Source: Candidatus Magasanikbacteria bacterium GW2011_GWC2_37_14 (lineage in GTDB: Bacteria > Patescibacteriota > Patescibacteriia > Magasanikbacterales > UBA922). From it: a stretch of DNA of 63,794 bases. The notes below the pieces were generated by a model. It was not told where the DNA came from and did not search any database. It saw nothing but the letters and a program-made list of their open reading frames with translations. Position numbers and translations under genes: made by a program. The stretch is taken from the NCBI GenBank assembly GCA_000990355.1, contig LBSX01000011.1, positions 1-63,794 on the forward strand. Reading direction: 5' to 3'. The number at the start of each line of letters is the position of its first letter. The stretch's first letter is position 1. This document shows, in pieces, positions 6,589-14,630 of this stretch.

Positions 6589-8139
6589 ATGAACTCAAAT
6601 AGCCTGCCTACCGGTCAGGCAGGCAAATACCAGATAACATTTTTGATTATTTTAATTTTCTCTTTATTTTTTGTTTTGCCAGTAAAAACGAATGACACAC
6701 CACCAGAAGAAATACCAGTTATACCACCAGTCGAAGAACCAATTATTCCACCTGTAGAAGAACCAGTGGTACCTGCCGAAGAAACAACTTCCACCCCCAC
6801 AATTGAACCAGAGATAATTGAGCAAGATGTTTTAAACAGTGATGCTAGAAAAATCTTAAATTATTTTAAAACAGAACAAGATGAAACTGGGAAAATTATT
6901 AATGCCAATATTTCTGATTGGGCGATGATTTCTTTTGCAGCCAATGAACAATATGGACATGAAATTAAAAAACGTGGTGGAAAATCTTTATTTGAATATA
7001 TTTTAAATTATGATTTTACTGATGCCAGTGATTTGAATGTTTGTGCTACTTATCCACGTCATATTTTGGCACTCCTGGCCGCTGGAGTAGACAAAAATTC
7101 TACTCGCCCCCAAGAATTAAAAGAAAAACTAATTACCACTTGTTATAAAGACAATAATTTTGGCGATAATGGAATTAATGATGATGTTTTCGCTTTATTT
7201 ACTTTGTTGACCATGGACGAAACAAACGACAGTTCAGTAATTACAGACTTAATTAATACTATTCAATCTTGGCAATTAGAAAACGGGGCTTTTGCTTGGC
7301 CAGACTGGATGGACCCAAATATTAAAGTGGCTGGTGACGATATTACTGGAGTAACATTAAACGCTTTAATTTATGCTAAAAACAAAGGAATCAATGTTGA
7401 CCAAAATATAATTAATAATGTTAAAAATTATTTAAAAACTTCACAATTGCCTGATGGTGGCTGGGGTTATTATGGTGCACCAGACGTTTTGACTACCAGT
7501 TGGGTAATGATGGGGCTTAATGCTCTAAGTGAAAGCCAGGCAGAATGGACTGTGGAAGCTACAGGTAAAAACCCTTGGAGTTACTTACACCAAAACCTTA
7601 AAAACGACGGTTTTTACGAACCTTCTTGGTCCCCGGGATCAACTGATTGGTTTGCTACTAAACACGCTGTACCGGCCATTTTGGGGCTTTCCTGGCCAAT
7701 TGTAATGGAACCACGCGAGGAAGAAACTAACATTAGTAATGGACCAAATTATAACTTACCAATTATTGTTAAAAGCGATTTTCCCGAACTTTTTGCTAGT
7801 TCTACCACCACTACTTTAGAAACAACGACTACCACCCTAGAAATAGCTACTTCTACTTTAGAAATAGTTTCTACTACAATTGAAATTGTTACTACCACAC
7901 CAGAAATTACAACTATTGCACTTGATTTAAATAGTTCCACTCTGTCTGTGGTAACTTCTACTTTAGAAAACACAATTAGTACTACTACCAAAAAACAATT
8001 ACCAAAAAATAATTCAAAAACAAATAAAAAAATAATTCAAAAACCACAAAATAGTTTGCAATTAGCCTTGGCTTACTCGTGGTTTGGAAACTATCCTAAA
8101 TACTGGTATAATATTAACCAATTTAAATATAAATTTTAA
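6589..8139 (+). CDS. Secreted/anchored prenyltransferase- or terpene-cyclase-like repeat protein with Thr-rich C-terminal tandem repeats
   Basis: Motifs QLENGAFAWPDW and QLPDGGWGYYG are typical of the alpha/alpha-toroid repeat. The Pro/Glu-rich linker is PPVEEPIIPPVEEPVVP. The C-terminal TTLE/STLE repeats are encoded at about 7790-7990. The start choice (6589 versus 6559) is uncertain. Confidence 0.6.
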   Translation: MNSNSLPTGQAGKYQITFLIILIFSLFFVLPVKTNDTPPEEIPVIPPVEEPIIPPVEEPVVPAEETTSTPTIEPEIIEQDVLNSDARKILNYFKTEQDETGKIINANISDWAMISFAANEQYGHEIKKRGGKSLFEYILNYDFTDASDLNVCATYPRHILALLAAGVDKNSTRPQELKEKLITTCYKDNNFGDNGINDDVFALFTLLTMDETNDSSVITDLINTIQSWQLENGAFAWPDWMDPNIKVAGDDITGVTLNALIYAKNKGINVDQNIINNVKNYLKTSQLPDGGWGYYGAPDVLTTSWVMMGLNALSESQAEWTVEATGKNPWSYLHQNLKNDGFYEPSWSPGSTDWFATKHAVPAILGLSWPIVMEPREEETNISNGPNYNLPIIVKSDFPELFASSTTTTLETTTTTLEIATSTLEIVSTTIEIVTTTPEITTIALDLNSSTLSVVTSTLENTISTTTKKQLPKNNSKTNKKIIQKPQNSLQLALAYSWFGNYPKYWYNINQFKYKF

Positions 8140-8140
8140 T

Positions 8141-8662
8141 ATGAAAAAATACTTAATTCCTGTTTTATTAATCGTTTTGGGTTTTTCTGCTCGACTACTT
8201 CCTCATCCAGCAAATTTTGCCCCAATTGGCGCCATTGCTTTATTTGGCGCTCTTTATTTGCCAAAAAAATATGCTTTGATTGTACCAATTATCGCCATGT
8301 TCATTTCGGATATTTTTATTGGCTTTTATTCTTGGCAAATAATGCTAGCAGTTTACACTAGTTTTGTTTTAATGGGTGTAATTGGTTTGCTAGTAAGAAA
8401 CAAAAAATCATTTTCAACAATACTTGGTGGAACTTTACTTGGTTCTGTTTTATTTTTCTTAATAACTAACTTTGCAGTTTGGGCTTTTGGTACAATGTAT
8501 GCTCATAATTTTTCTGGTTTAATCCAAAGTTATACCATGGCCATTCCTTTTTTTAAAAACAGTTTATTAGGTGATATTTTTTATGTCACAATTTTGGTTG
8601 GCAGTTATGAACTCCTTAATTTGACAAGCAAATTTAAAAATAGTATTCTTCAAAAGGTATAA
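8141..8662 (+). CDS. Small polytopic membrane protein, candidate substrate-capture (ECF S-component-like) transporter
   Basis: About six transmembrane segments and the motif LLPHPANFAPIGAIALFGALYL. Third gene behind the B12 riboswitch. The family call is inferred from context. Confidence 0.45.
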   Translation: MKKYLIPVLLIVLGFSARLLPHPANFAPIGAIALFGALYLPKKYALIVPIIAMFISDIFIGFYSWQIMLAVYTSFVLMGVIGLLVRNKKSFSTILGGTLLGSVLFFLITNFAVWAFGTMYAHNFSGLIQSYTMAIPFFKNSLLGDIFYVTILVGSYELLNLTSKFKNSILQKV

Positions 8663-8685
8663 CATCTTCCCTTTGGGAGGTTTCC

Positions 8686-9024
8686 ATGGAGTTCGTAGCA
8701 ACTCTCAGATGGGGCACGGATAGGCTGACCGTCGAGGTTGACCACACCGACGACCTTGGTGGTCTGACGAAGGAGCAACTCTGCCAGGCGATCGAAAAGG
8801 CGGCGGCCAATTTTTTCACCGCGAATGACCAGTACCCGCTGTTCATCAAGCGCCAGAAGGATGGCACGCTCAAGTACCCGGCAATCTATACGCCGGTACT
8901 GTTCGTCGAAGCTCTCGAAGCGCTCTTCTCGCGCAGCCTCTCGGAGCAAATCCCGCTCAAGCCCCAAGCCGACCCTGACAGCCCGCGTGCGCATGATTGC
9001 TTCCTCGCCGAAGCCAGCGGCTAA
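8686..9024 (+). CDS. Orphan 112-aa protein encoded in a G+C-rich island
   Basis: GGGAGG lies 6 nt before the ATG. 36/60 G+C at 8701-8760 versus about 32% in the host. A hairpin follows at 9041-9064. No recognisable domain. Confidence 0.55.
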   Translation: MEFVATLRWGTDRLTVEVDHTDDLGGLTKEQLCQAIEKAAANFFTANDQYPLFIKRQKDGTLKYPAIYTPVLFVEALEALFSRSLSEQIPLKPQADPDSPRAHDCFLAEASG

Positions 9025-9040
9025 CTCCGCCCTGTCGACC

Positions 9041-9064
9041 CCTCCCGACCAGTTTGTCGGGAGG
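9041..9064 (+). terminator. G+C hairpin after the island ORF (CCTCCCGAC-CAGTTT-GTCGGGAGG)
   Basis: Perfect 9-bp stem with no strong U-tract. The host AAAAACACCCC...GGGGTGTTTTT hairpin (9086-9153) follows. Confidence 0.45.
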
Positions 9065-9163
9065 CTGTGTGACTAAAGTTATACCAAAAACACCCCGTCC
9101 CTCGTTTACTTCTCAATAGCTGGGAATTAAACCAAGGAGTTTGGGGTGTTTTTTATTTTTATA

Positions 9164-10810
9164 TTATTTAGCCGCCGCCTTGATAAACTCTCTAAACAAT
9201 GGGTGTGGACGCATGGGTCGAGATTTAAATTCGGGATGAAATTGAGTACCGACAAAAAATGGATGGTTTTTTAATTCCACAATTTCTACCAAACCTGATT
9301 CAGGATTAATACCCACGACTTGCAAACCAGCTTTTTCCATTGCATCTTGATAATCATTATTAAATTCATAACGATGACGATGACGTTCGGAAACCTGCCT
9401 GCCGGCAGGCAGGTCCTTTTCAATATTATAAGCATTAAACACTTTTGTTCCTGGCTTTAAAACACAATCATAAGCCCCCAAACGCATAGTGCCACCATAA
9501 CGATTCTGACGCACATTTTCTGCCTGTTTTGGATTAATATGAATCACCGGGTTTTTGGTTTCGGGATTAACTTCTACAGTATGGGCATCTTTTTTATTTA
9601 AAACATCACGCACAAATTCAATCGTAGCCAATTGCATACCATAGCACAAACCCAAATAAGGAATTTTATTTTCACGAGCAAATTGAATAGCTTTAATAAT
9701 TCCTTCTACCCCACGAGTACCAAATCCACCTGGCACCAAAATACCATTATATTTTTTAAGTTCTTTAATTTTGTTTTTATTTTTCTCAAATTCTTCACTA
9801 TCTACCCAATCCATTTCCACTTTTACATTATTGGCCCAAGCACCGTGTTTTACTGCTTCAATTACCGAGATATAAGAATCAGACAAAGTATAACTTCCTG
9901 TACTAAAATATTTACCCACCACGGCAATTTTTATAATTTTTTTGCCATTTTGAATTTTTTTGTACAAATTATTCCAAGCCAATAAATTAGTTTTTCTTGA
10001 TTTTATATTTAAAATTTTAAGTAATTTGTTACCAACTTCTTGTTCTTCCAAAACCAAAGGAATTTGGTAAATAGATTTTACATCTGGTGCCGAAATACAG
10101 TTATCTTTACTAATGTTACAAAACACGGCTAATTTTTCTCGGCGTGGCTTATCCAAAACAAACGGACCACGAGCCACAATAATATCGGCATTTAAACCCA
10201 CAGAGTTAAGTTCGCGCACTGCATGTTGGGTGGGTTTAGTTTTCATTTCACCCAAGTGCCCCGGCACTGGCATATAACTAACCAAAATAATGGCTACATC
10301 ATCTGGCTTTTCTAATTTCATTTTACGAGCTGCTTCCAAAAATAAAATATTTTCATATTCACCCACTGTACCACCAATTTCTATAGTAGAAATATCTGCT
10401 TTATGTAATTCGGCAGCAGTTTTGATGCGACGAATTATTTCTTCGGGGATATGAGGAACCACTTGAACACAACGGCCTTTGTACTTCATGGCTCGCTCAT
10501 TTTCTATTACCGAAGTGTAAACGCGTCCAGTGGTCATATAATTTTCCGAATTCAAATCTTCATCCAAAAATCTTTCGTAATTCCCCATGTCTTGGTCAGT
10601 TTCATCACCATCGTCGGTTACAAACACTTCACCGTGCTCCACAGGATTCATGGTTCCCGCATCTACATTTATATAAGGGTCAGCTTTCAAAGCCGTAACC
10701 GAAAAACCCTTGGCTTTAAAAATAGCTCCAAGTGATGCCGAAGTTACACCCTTGCCTACTCCAGAAAGAACACCCCCTACCACGAAAATATATTTACGAA
10801 TTTTTTTCAT
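9164..10810 (-). CDS. pyrG: CTP synthase
   Basis: N-terminus KYIFVVGGVLSGVGKGVTSASLG. Glutamine amidotransferase region GLCYGMQ and RHRHRYEFN. Full length, 548 aa. Confidence 0.95.
   Translation of the reverse strand: MKKIRKYIFVVGGVLSGVGKGVTSASLGAIFKAKGFSVTALKADPYINVDAGTMNPVEHGEVFVTDDGDETDQDMGNYERFLDEDLNSENYMTTGRVYTSVIENERAMKYKGRCVQVVPHIPEEIIRRIKTAAELHKADISTIEIGGTVGEYENILFLEAARKMKLEKPDDVAIILVSYMPVPGHLGEMKTKPTQHAVRELNSVGLNADIIVARGPFVLDKPRREKLAVFCNISKDNCISAPDVKSIYQIPLVLEEQEVGNKLLKILNIKSRKTNLLAWNNLYKKIQNGKKIIKIAVVGKYFSTGSYTLSDSYISVIEAVKHGAWANNVKVEMDWVDSEEFEKNKNKIKELKKYNGILVPGGFGTRGVEGIIKAIQFARENKIPYLGLCYGMQLATIEFVRDVLNKKDAHTVEVNPETKNPVIHINPKQAENVRQNRYGGTMRLGAYDCVLKPGTKVFNAYNIEKDLPAGRQVSERHRHRYEFNNDYQDAMEKAGLQVVGINPESGLVEIVELKNHPFFVGTQFHPEFKSRPMRPHPLFREFIKAAAK
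9393..9414. repeat. 22-bp perfect palindrome ACCTGCCTGCCGGCAGGCAGGT inside pyrG
   Basis: Translated in frame as LPAGRQV just before the conserved ERHRHRYE. The same palindrome family occurs at about 6135-6185, 6600-6625, 26322-26345 and 51165-51195. Confidence 0.8.
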
Positions 10811-10860
10811 AAGATTTAATTTATAAAAACGAGAATATTATAACACAAATTATTTAAGTA

Positions 10861-11500
10861 AACAACCACCGGCCTTAGGGCCGGTGGCTTTGTTTTTGCC
10901 GGCTTAATCGCCGGCAGGGTGGCGTTTGCTTTAGTTAAGGATTTTGTCGAAGAGAGAGGGTTGTTCTACTTCGTTGTGATGTTCTTGGTGAGTGACGTAA
11001 CGACGGATGACATACTCATCAATGCCAATTGTTGAAACAAAGTAACCTCTAGCCCATAATGATTCTTTCTCGTACAACCCATGTTTACGTTTAATCTTTT
11101 TCTTAAGCCAGGCTGAGGATTTACCTTTGATAATTTGCATGGTATACGAGATTGAATCGCGTGGTGTGGTTAAGAGACACATGTGTATATGGTCTTCTTG
11201 AATATTAAGCTCAATTATCTCCCAATGTTTCCATTTGCAAATTGACTCAAATATTCTTCGTAGTTCTTGTTTGATCTTCTCTGCCCCCAATACTTTACCA
11301 CGGTATTTAGGTGTCCACACTAGATGGTACTTTAAATCGTAAAAACAATGTGATAATGTACGGATAGTACGTTTGTGTTGTTTCATAGACGTATGAATTG
11401 TTAGTTACTAAAGCCACCCTGCCGGGTGGCTTTAGTATACGACGTTGTCTTCAAACGTACACCCCAGCTACGCTGGGGGTTTTTAGGATAATAAAAAACC
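10861..11500 (-). mobile_element. IS200/IS605-family element carrying tnpA only
   Basis: The Y1 transposase ORF is flanked by subterminal hairpins: CCACCGGCC..GGCCGGTGG and GCCGGC..GCCGGC at 10866-10915, and AAAGCCACCC..GGGTGGCTTT and CCCCAGC..GCTGGGG at 11410-11480. Exact ends are not determined. Confidence 0.7.
10931..11386 (-). CDS. tnpA: IS200/IS605 family Y1 (HUH) transposase TnpA
   Basis: Motifs YHLVWTPKYR, the HUH motif HIHM in EDHIHMCLL, and a catalytic Tyr region YVIRRYVTHQE. Typical size of 151 aa. Confidence 0.9.
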   Translation of the reverse strand: MKQHKRTIRTLSHCFYDLKYHLVWTPKYRGKVLGAEKIKQELRRIFESICKWKHWEIIELNIQEDHIHMCLLTTPRDSISYTMQIIKGKSSAWLKKKIKRKHGLYEKESLWARGYFVSTIGIDEYVIRRYVTHQEHHNEVEQPSLFDKILN

Positions 11501-11520
11501 CTCTGGAGACAGAGGGATGA

Positions 11521-11967
11521 TTAGACACTAATGACTACAACGTTGACTTCAACTTCCAGCCCATGCCCAAATTTTATTTTTACTTTTCTTTCACCTAACT
11601 CTTTTAAAGGATTGGCAATAACAACTTGGGTTGTTTTTAAACGTGCCCCCAATTGTTTCTTTATTTCATCACAAATTTTTTCTGCACCAATTGCTGAATA
11701 TAGAGTACCACTAGACGAAGCTTTGGCTTTTATTTCTATTTCTTCACCATCTATTTTACCAGCCGCTTCTTGATTTTCCGCTAATTCTTTTTCCATTTGC
11801 CGACGTAATTTTTCTTCTTGGGCTTTTGTTTCGGCAATTGAACCTTCGCTGGCAATTTTAACAAAATTATTTTTTAACAAAAAATTGCGACCATAACCAT
11901 CGGCCACTTCTTTTATTTCGCCCTTTTTACCAGAGCCTTTTACATCTTGTAAAAAGATTACTTTCAT
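11521..11967 (-). CDS. rplI: 50S ribosomal protein L9
   Basis: N-terminus [30 protein letters not shown]; length 148 aa. Confidence 0.9.
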   Translation of the reverse strand: MKVIFLQDVKGSGKKGEIKEVADGYGRNFLLKNNFVKIASEGSIAETKAQEEKLRRQMEKELAENQEAAGKIDGEEIEIKAKASSSGTLYSAIGAEKICDEIKKQLGARLKTTQVVIANPLKELGERKVKIKFGHGLEVEVNVVVISV

Positions 11968-12023
11968 ATATAGTTATTTTAACCTATACTTGATTTTTTT
12001 GCAAGTCTATGATAAAGTGGCTT

Positions 12024-12081
12024 TGTCATCCTGAACCTGTTTCAGGATCCCCTGGGATGCTGAAATAAATTCAGCATGACA
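12024..12081. repeat. Palindromic element, TGTCATCCTGAA...TTCAGCATGACA family
   Basis: Two adjacent hairpins (CCTGAA..TTCAGG and GCTGAA..TTCAGC) bounded by TGTCAT/ATGACA. Relatives at 26891-27005 and 51156-51271. Confidence 0.75.
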
Positions 12082-12092
12082 ATAACAAATCT

Positions 12093-12944
12093 ATGAAATC
12101 AGGTTTTGTAACCCTTGTTGGACGATCCAATGTAGGAAAATCAACCCTTTTAAACACCCTAGTTGGCACCAAAATCTCGGCCACTTCTTTTCGTGCCCAA
12201 ATGACTAGAAACGAAATACACGGAGTAATGACTACCCCCGAAGGCCAAGCTGTTTTTGTGGATACCCCGGGAATTTTTAAAGATCACCGGAACTTACTTT
12301 CGGCCAAACTTACCAACCGCGTAAAAGACATTTTAGGTAATCAACCGGATTTAATTATTTATGTAGTAGACCCTAGTCGCGAAATTGGTGATGAAGAACG
12401 CACCGCTTTTGGTTTAATTCGTCACTTAAGCATGCCAAAAATTTTAGTTATTAATAAATCTGATTTATCACCTCGTGAAAGAAAATATCAAGAAAGCTAC
12501 GAAAAAATGAATAGTGAATTTGATGCGGTTTTTTGTTTATCTGCTTTACGCGCCTCACACATTCAACCTCTAAAACAAAAAGTAATTGAACTTTTACCAG
12601 AAGGAGAATTAATGTACCCACAAGAACAATGGACCAACATTGATAACTATTTTTGGATTGCCGAACTTATTCGCGAAAAAATCTTTTCGGTTTTTGATAA
12701 AGAAGTACCTTATTCCACAGCAGTAACGGTAGATAATGTAGAAGAAAAAGAAGATATTATGGTAATCTCGGCCAGAATTTTAACCAATGCCGACCGTTAC
12801 AAAAAATTATTAATCGGCTCGAGAGGTAGAAAAATAAAAGAAGTTGGCATTTTGGCTCGTCGCGAATTAGAAGCGGCTCAAAATAAAAAAATATTTTTGG
12901 AACTAGAGGTAGAAGTAGACACTCACTGGGTAGAAAGAATTTAA
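12093..12944 (+). CDS. era: GTPase Era
   Basis: G1 motif GRSNVGKST, G3 motif DTPG, G4 motif NKSD, and a C-terminal KH domain (IGSRGRKIKEVG). Confidence 0.9.
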   Translation: MKSGFVTLVGRSNVGKSTLLNTLVGTKISATSFRAQMTRNEIHGVMTTPEGQAVFVDTPGIFKDHRNLLSAKLTNRVKDILGNQPDLIIYVVDPSREIGDEERTAFGLIRHLSMPKILVINKSDLSPRERKYQESYEKMNSEFDAVFCLSALRASHIQPLKQKVIELLPEGELMYPQEQWTNIDNYFWIAELIREKIFSVFDKEVPYSTAVTVDNVEEKEDIMVISARILTNADRYKKLLIGSRGRKIKEVGILARRELEAAQNKKIFLELEVEVDTHWVERI

Positions 12945-12971
12945 AAAAAATCCCGACTTAGTCGGGATTTT

Positions 12972-13316
12972 TTATTTAATAATGGCTCTAACTTTTTCTA
13001 CATCTAAAGTAATTTTTTCTATCAACTCTTCGGTATTTGGATACTTTTCTTGTTCCCCAACTTTTTGCACTGGTTCTACTTCCAAATATACTCCATAAAA
13101 ATCTGGGCCTTGATAATCTAAAAGATAAACTTCTACTTTATAGGGCTCTATTTGTATTGCCAAAGCACCAGCAAAAATTTTGTGATCCCAAATAACTTTT
13201 ACAGCATAAACTCCAGGCTGTAAGTTTAAATCTTTTTTAAATATCTCTAAATTAGCTGTAGGAAAACCCAGTTTTTTGCCAATCCCCTCACCTTTTATTA
13301 CTTTACCACCAAACAT
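12972..13316 (-). CDS. Riboflavin kinase domain protein (stand-alone RibF C-terminal domain)
   Basis: Motifs GKVIKGEGIGKKLGFPTANL and PGVYAV...VEVYLLD..GDFYG-like. 114 aa with no FAD synthetase domain. Confidence 0.75.
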   Translation of the reverse strand: MFGGKVIKGEGIGKKLGFPTANLEIFKKDLNLQPGVYAVKVIWDHKIFAGALAIQIEPYKVEVYLLDYQGPDFYGVYLEVEPVQKVGEQEKYPNTEELIEKITLDVEKVRAIIK

Positions 13317-13317
13317 A

Positions 13318-14574
13318 TTATTTTAGTAATTCCAAAGCTTTAGCTAAACCCAAATCTTTGTAAGTAATAATACCCTGACTATCTTTAATTTCTTCAAACA
13401 TTTTTTCTACAACTACGTCTGGCATAATGCCATTTTTATTTATTTGTCTTTCTTTTGGAGTATACCAATTGGCAATAGTAATTTTTACGGCCGAACCATC
13501 GGGTAAAAATTGCAAATCTTGCACCGACCCCTTGCCATAAGTTTTTTCACCAACTATTTTTGCCAAATTATAATCTTGCAAAGCTCCTGCGACAATTTCT
13601 GCTCCCGAAGCAGTACCACCATCTACCAACACAATAGTTTTTAATCCTAAAAATTTATGATCACCTAAAGTTTGATATTCTGTGCCTTGATTTTTATTAT
13701 CTTTTTCACTAACAACTATTCCCTGTTTTATCCATTCACTGGCGACACTTACGGCCGACTCCAAATAACCACCAGGATTATTTCGCATGTCCAAAATTAA
13801 GCTTTTGGGGTTGGCCAAAACAATTTCTTTGACAATCTTATCAAATTCACTGGTAGTATTTTCATTAAAATAACTAATCTGCAAATAAGCAACTTTATTA
13901 TCCAACATTTTCCAAACCACCGAAGGAATATTTATAATATCACGAACAATCACTATTTCTTCTATTTTTTCTTGGTTTAAATGATTAACAAGTAATCTAA
14001 CTTCTGAACCTTGGGGCCCACGTATTTTTTTAATTGCTTCGTCCAAGGACAATCCAAAACTATCTTCATTATTTATTTTAAAAATTTTGTCTCCGGCTTT
14101 TAAACCAGCTTTTTCGGCTGGTGAACCAGGTAATGGAGCAATTACTGTAAGTTGATTATCTTTTAAACCTACCTCGGCACCAATACCAGCAAACTTACCC
14201 GACAAATCTTGCATAAAATCTTTGGCTTCTTCTGGAGGAAAATAAATTGAATAAGGATCATTTAATCCAGCTACCAAACCTTTCATGGCCCCATAAAACA
14301 AATCAACATCATTTACTGGCTGAGTTACATGTTTTTCTTTAAGCATTTTCCAAACATCCCAAAACTCAGCAAAATCAACTTCAGTAGATTTATTTAAATT
14401 ATACAAATTTAAAACCTTGCTAATTTGTACCTGGCCATCATCATTGGTAATTTGTTTTTGTATGGTAAAATAATTTCCACAAAGCACACCCAAAGCAAAA
14501 GTGATTACAAATAAAATACCAGCGAAAAACCAGAGACTTTTATAAGTTTTATTATTTTGAGTATTTAATATCAT
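13318..14574 (-). CDS. S41 family C-terminal processing peptidase
   Basis: N-terminal transmembrane helix, PDZ region (GSPAEKAGLKAGDKI) and catalytic region DGGTASGAEIVAGALQD...GKGSVQ. Confidence 0.9.
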   Translation of the reverse strand: MILNTQNNKTYKSLWFFAGILFVITFALGVLCGNYFTIQKQITNDDGQVQISKVLNLYNLNKSTEVDFAEFWDVWKMLKEKHVTQPVNDVDLFYGAMKGLVAGLNDPYSIYFPPEEAKDFMQDLSGKFAGIGAEVGLKDNQLTVIAPLPGSPAEKAGLKAGDKIFKINNEDSFGLSLDEAIKKIRGPQGSEVRLLVNHLNQEKIEEIVIVRDIINIPSVVWKMLDNKVAYLQISYFNENTTSEFDKIVKEIVLANPKSLILDMRNNPGGYLESAVSVASEWIKQGIVVSEKDNKNQGTEYQTLGDHKFLGLKTIVLVDGGTASGAEIVAGALQDYNLAKIVGEKTYGKGSVQDLQFLPDGSAVKITIANWYTPKERQINKNGIMPDVVVEKMFEEIKDSQGIITYKDLGLAKALELLK

Positions 14575-14630
14575 AATTTTAAAAAAAGACAGGCGTATTA
14601 TAGCCTGTCTTTGTGCTTAAAGCAAGCTAT

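Noticed and set aside
8650-9076. Track ORFs 8650-8994(-), 8634-8873(-) and 8825-9076(+).
   Set aside because: These are alternative frames of the G+C-rich island without ribosome-binding sites. 8686-9024(+) is the only one with GGGAGG and an ATG at proper spacing.
9632-10735. Numerous antisense or off-frame ORFs inside long genes, for example 9632-9985, 10451-10735, 17131-17542, 30209-30709 and 49084-49713.
   Set aside because: They lie fully within well-supported genes on the opposite strand or in another frame, and have low-complexity Phe/Ile/Asn/Lys-rich products typical of AT-rich shadow frames.
11440-11475. A link between the IS200 end and the G+C-rich elements through shared GTGTACGTT and ACGTTGT strings (compare 1219-1227, 3723-3731 and 3857-3865).
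   Set aside because: The shared strings are only 7-9 nt and the subterminal hairpins are unrelated. This could easily be chance, so no mobilisation claim is made.
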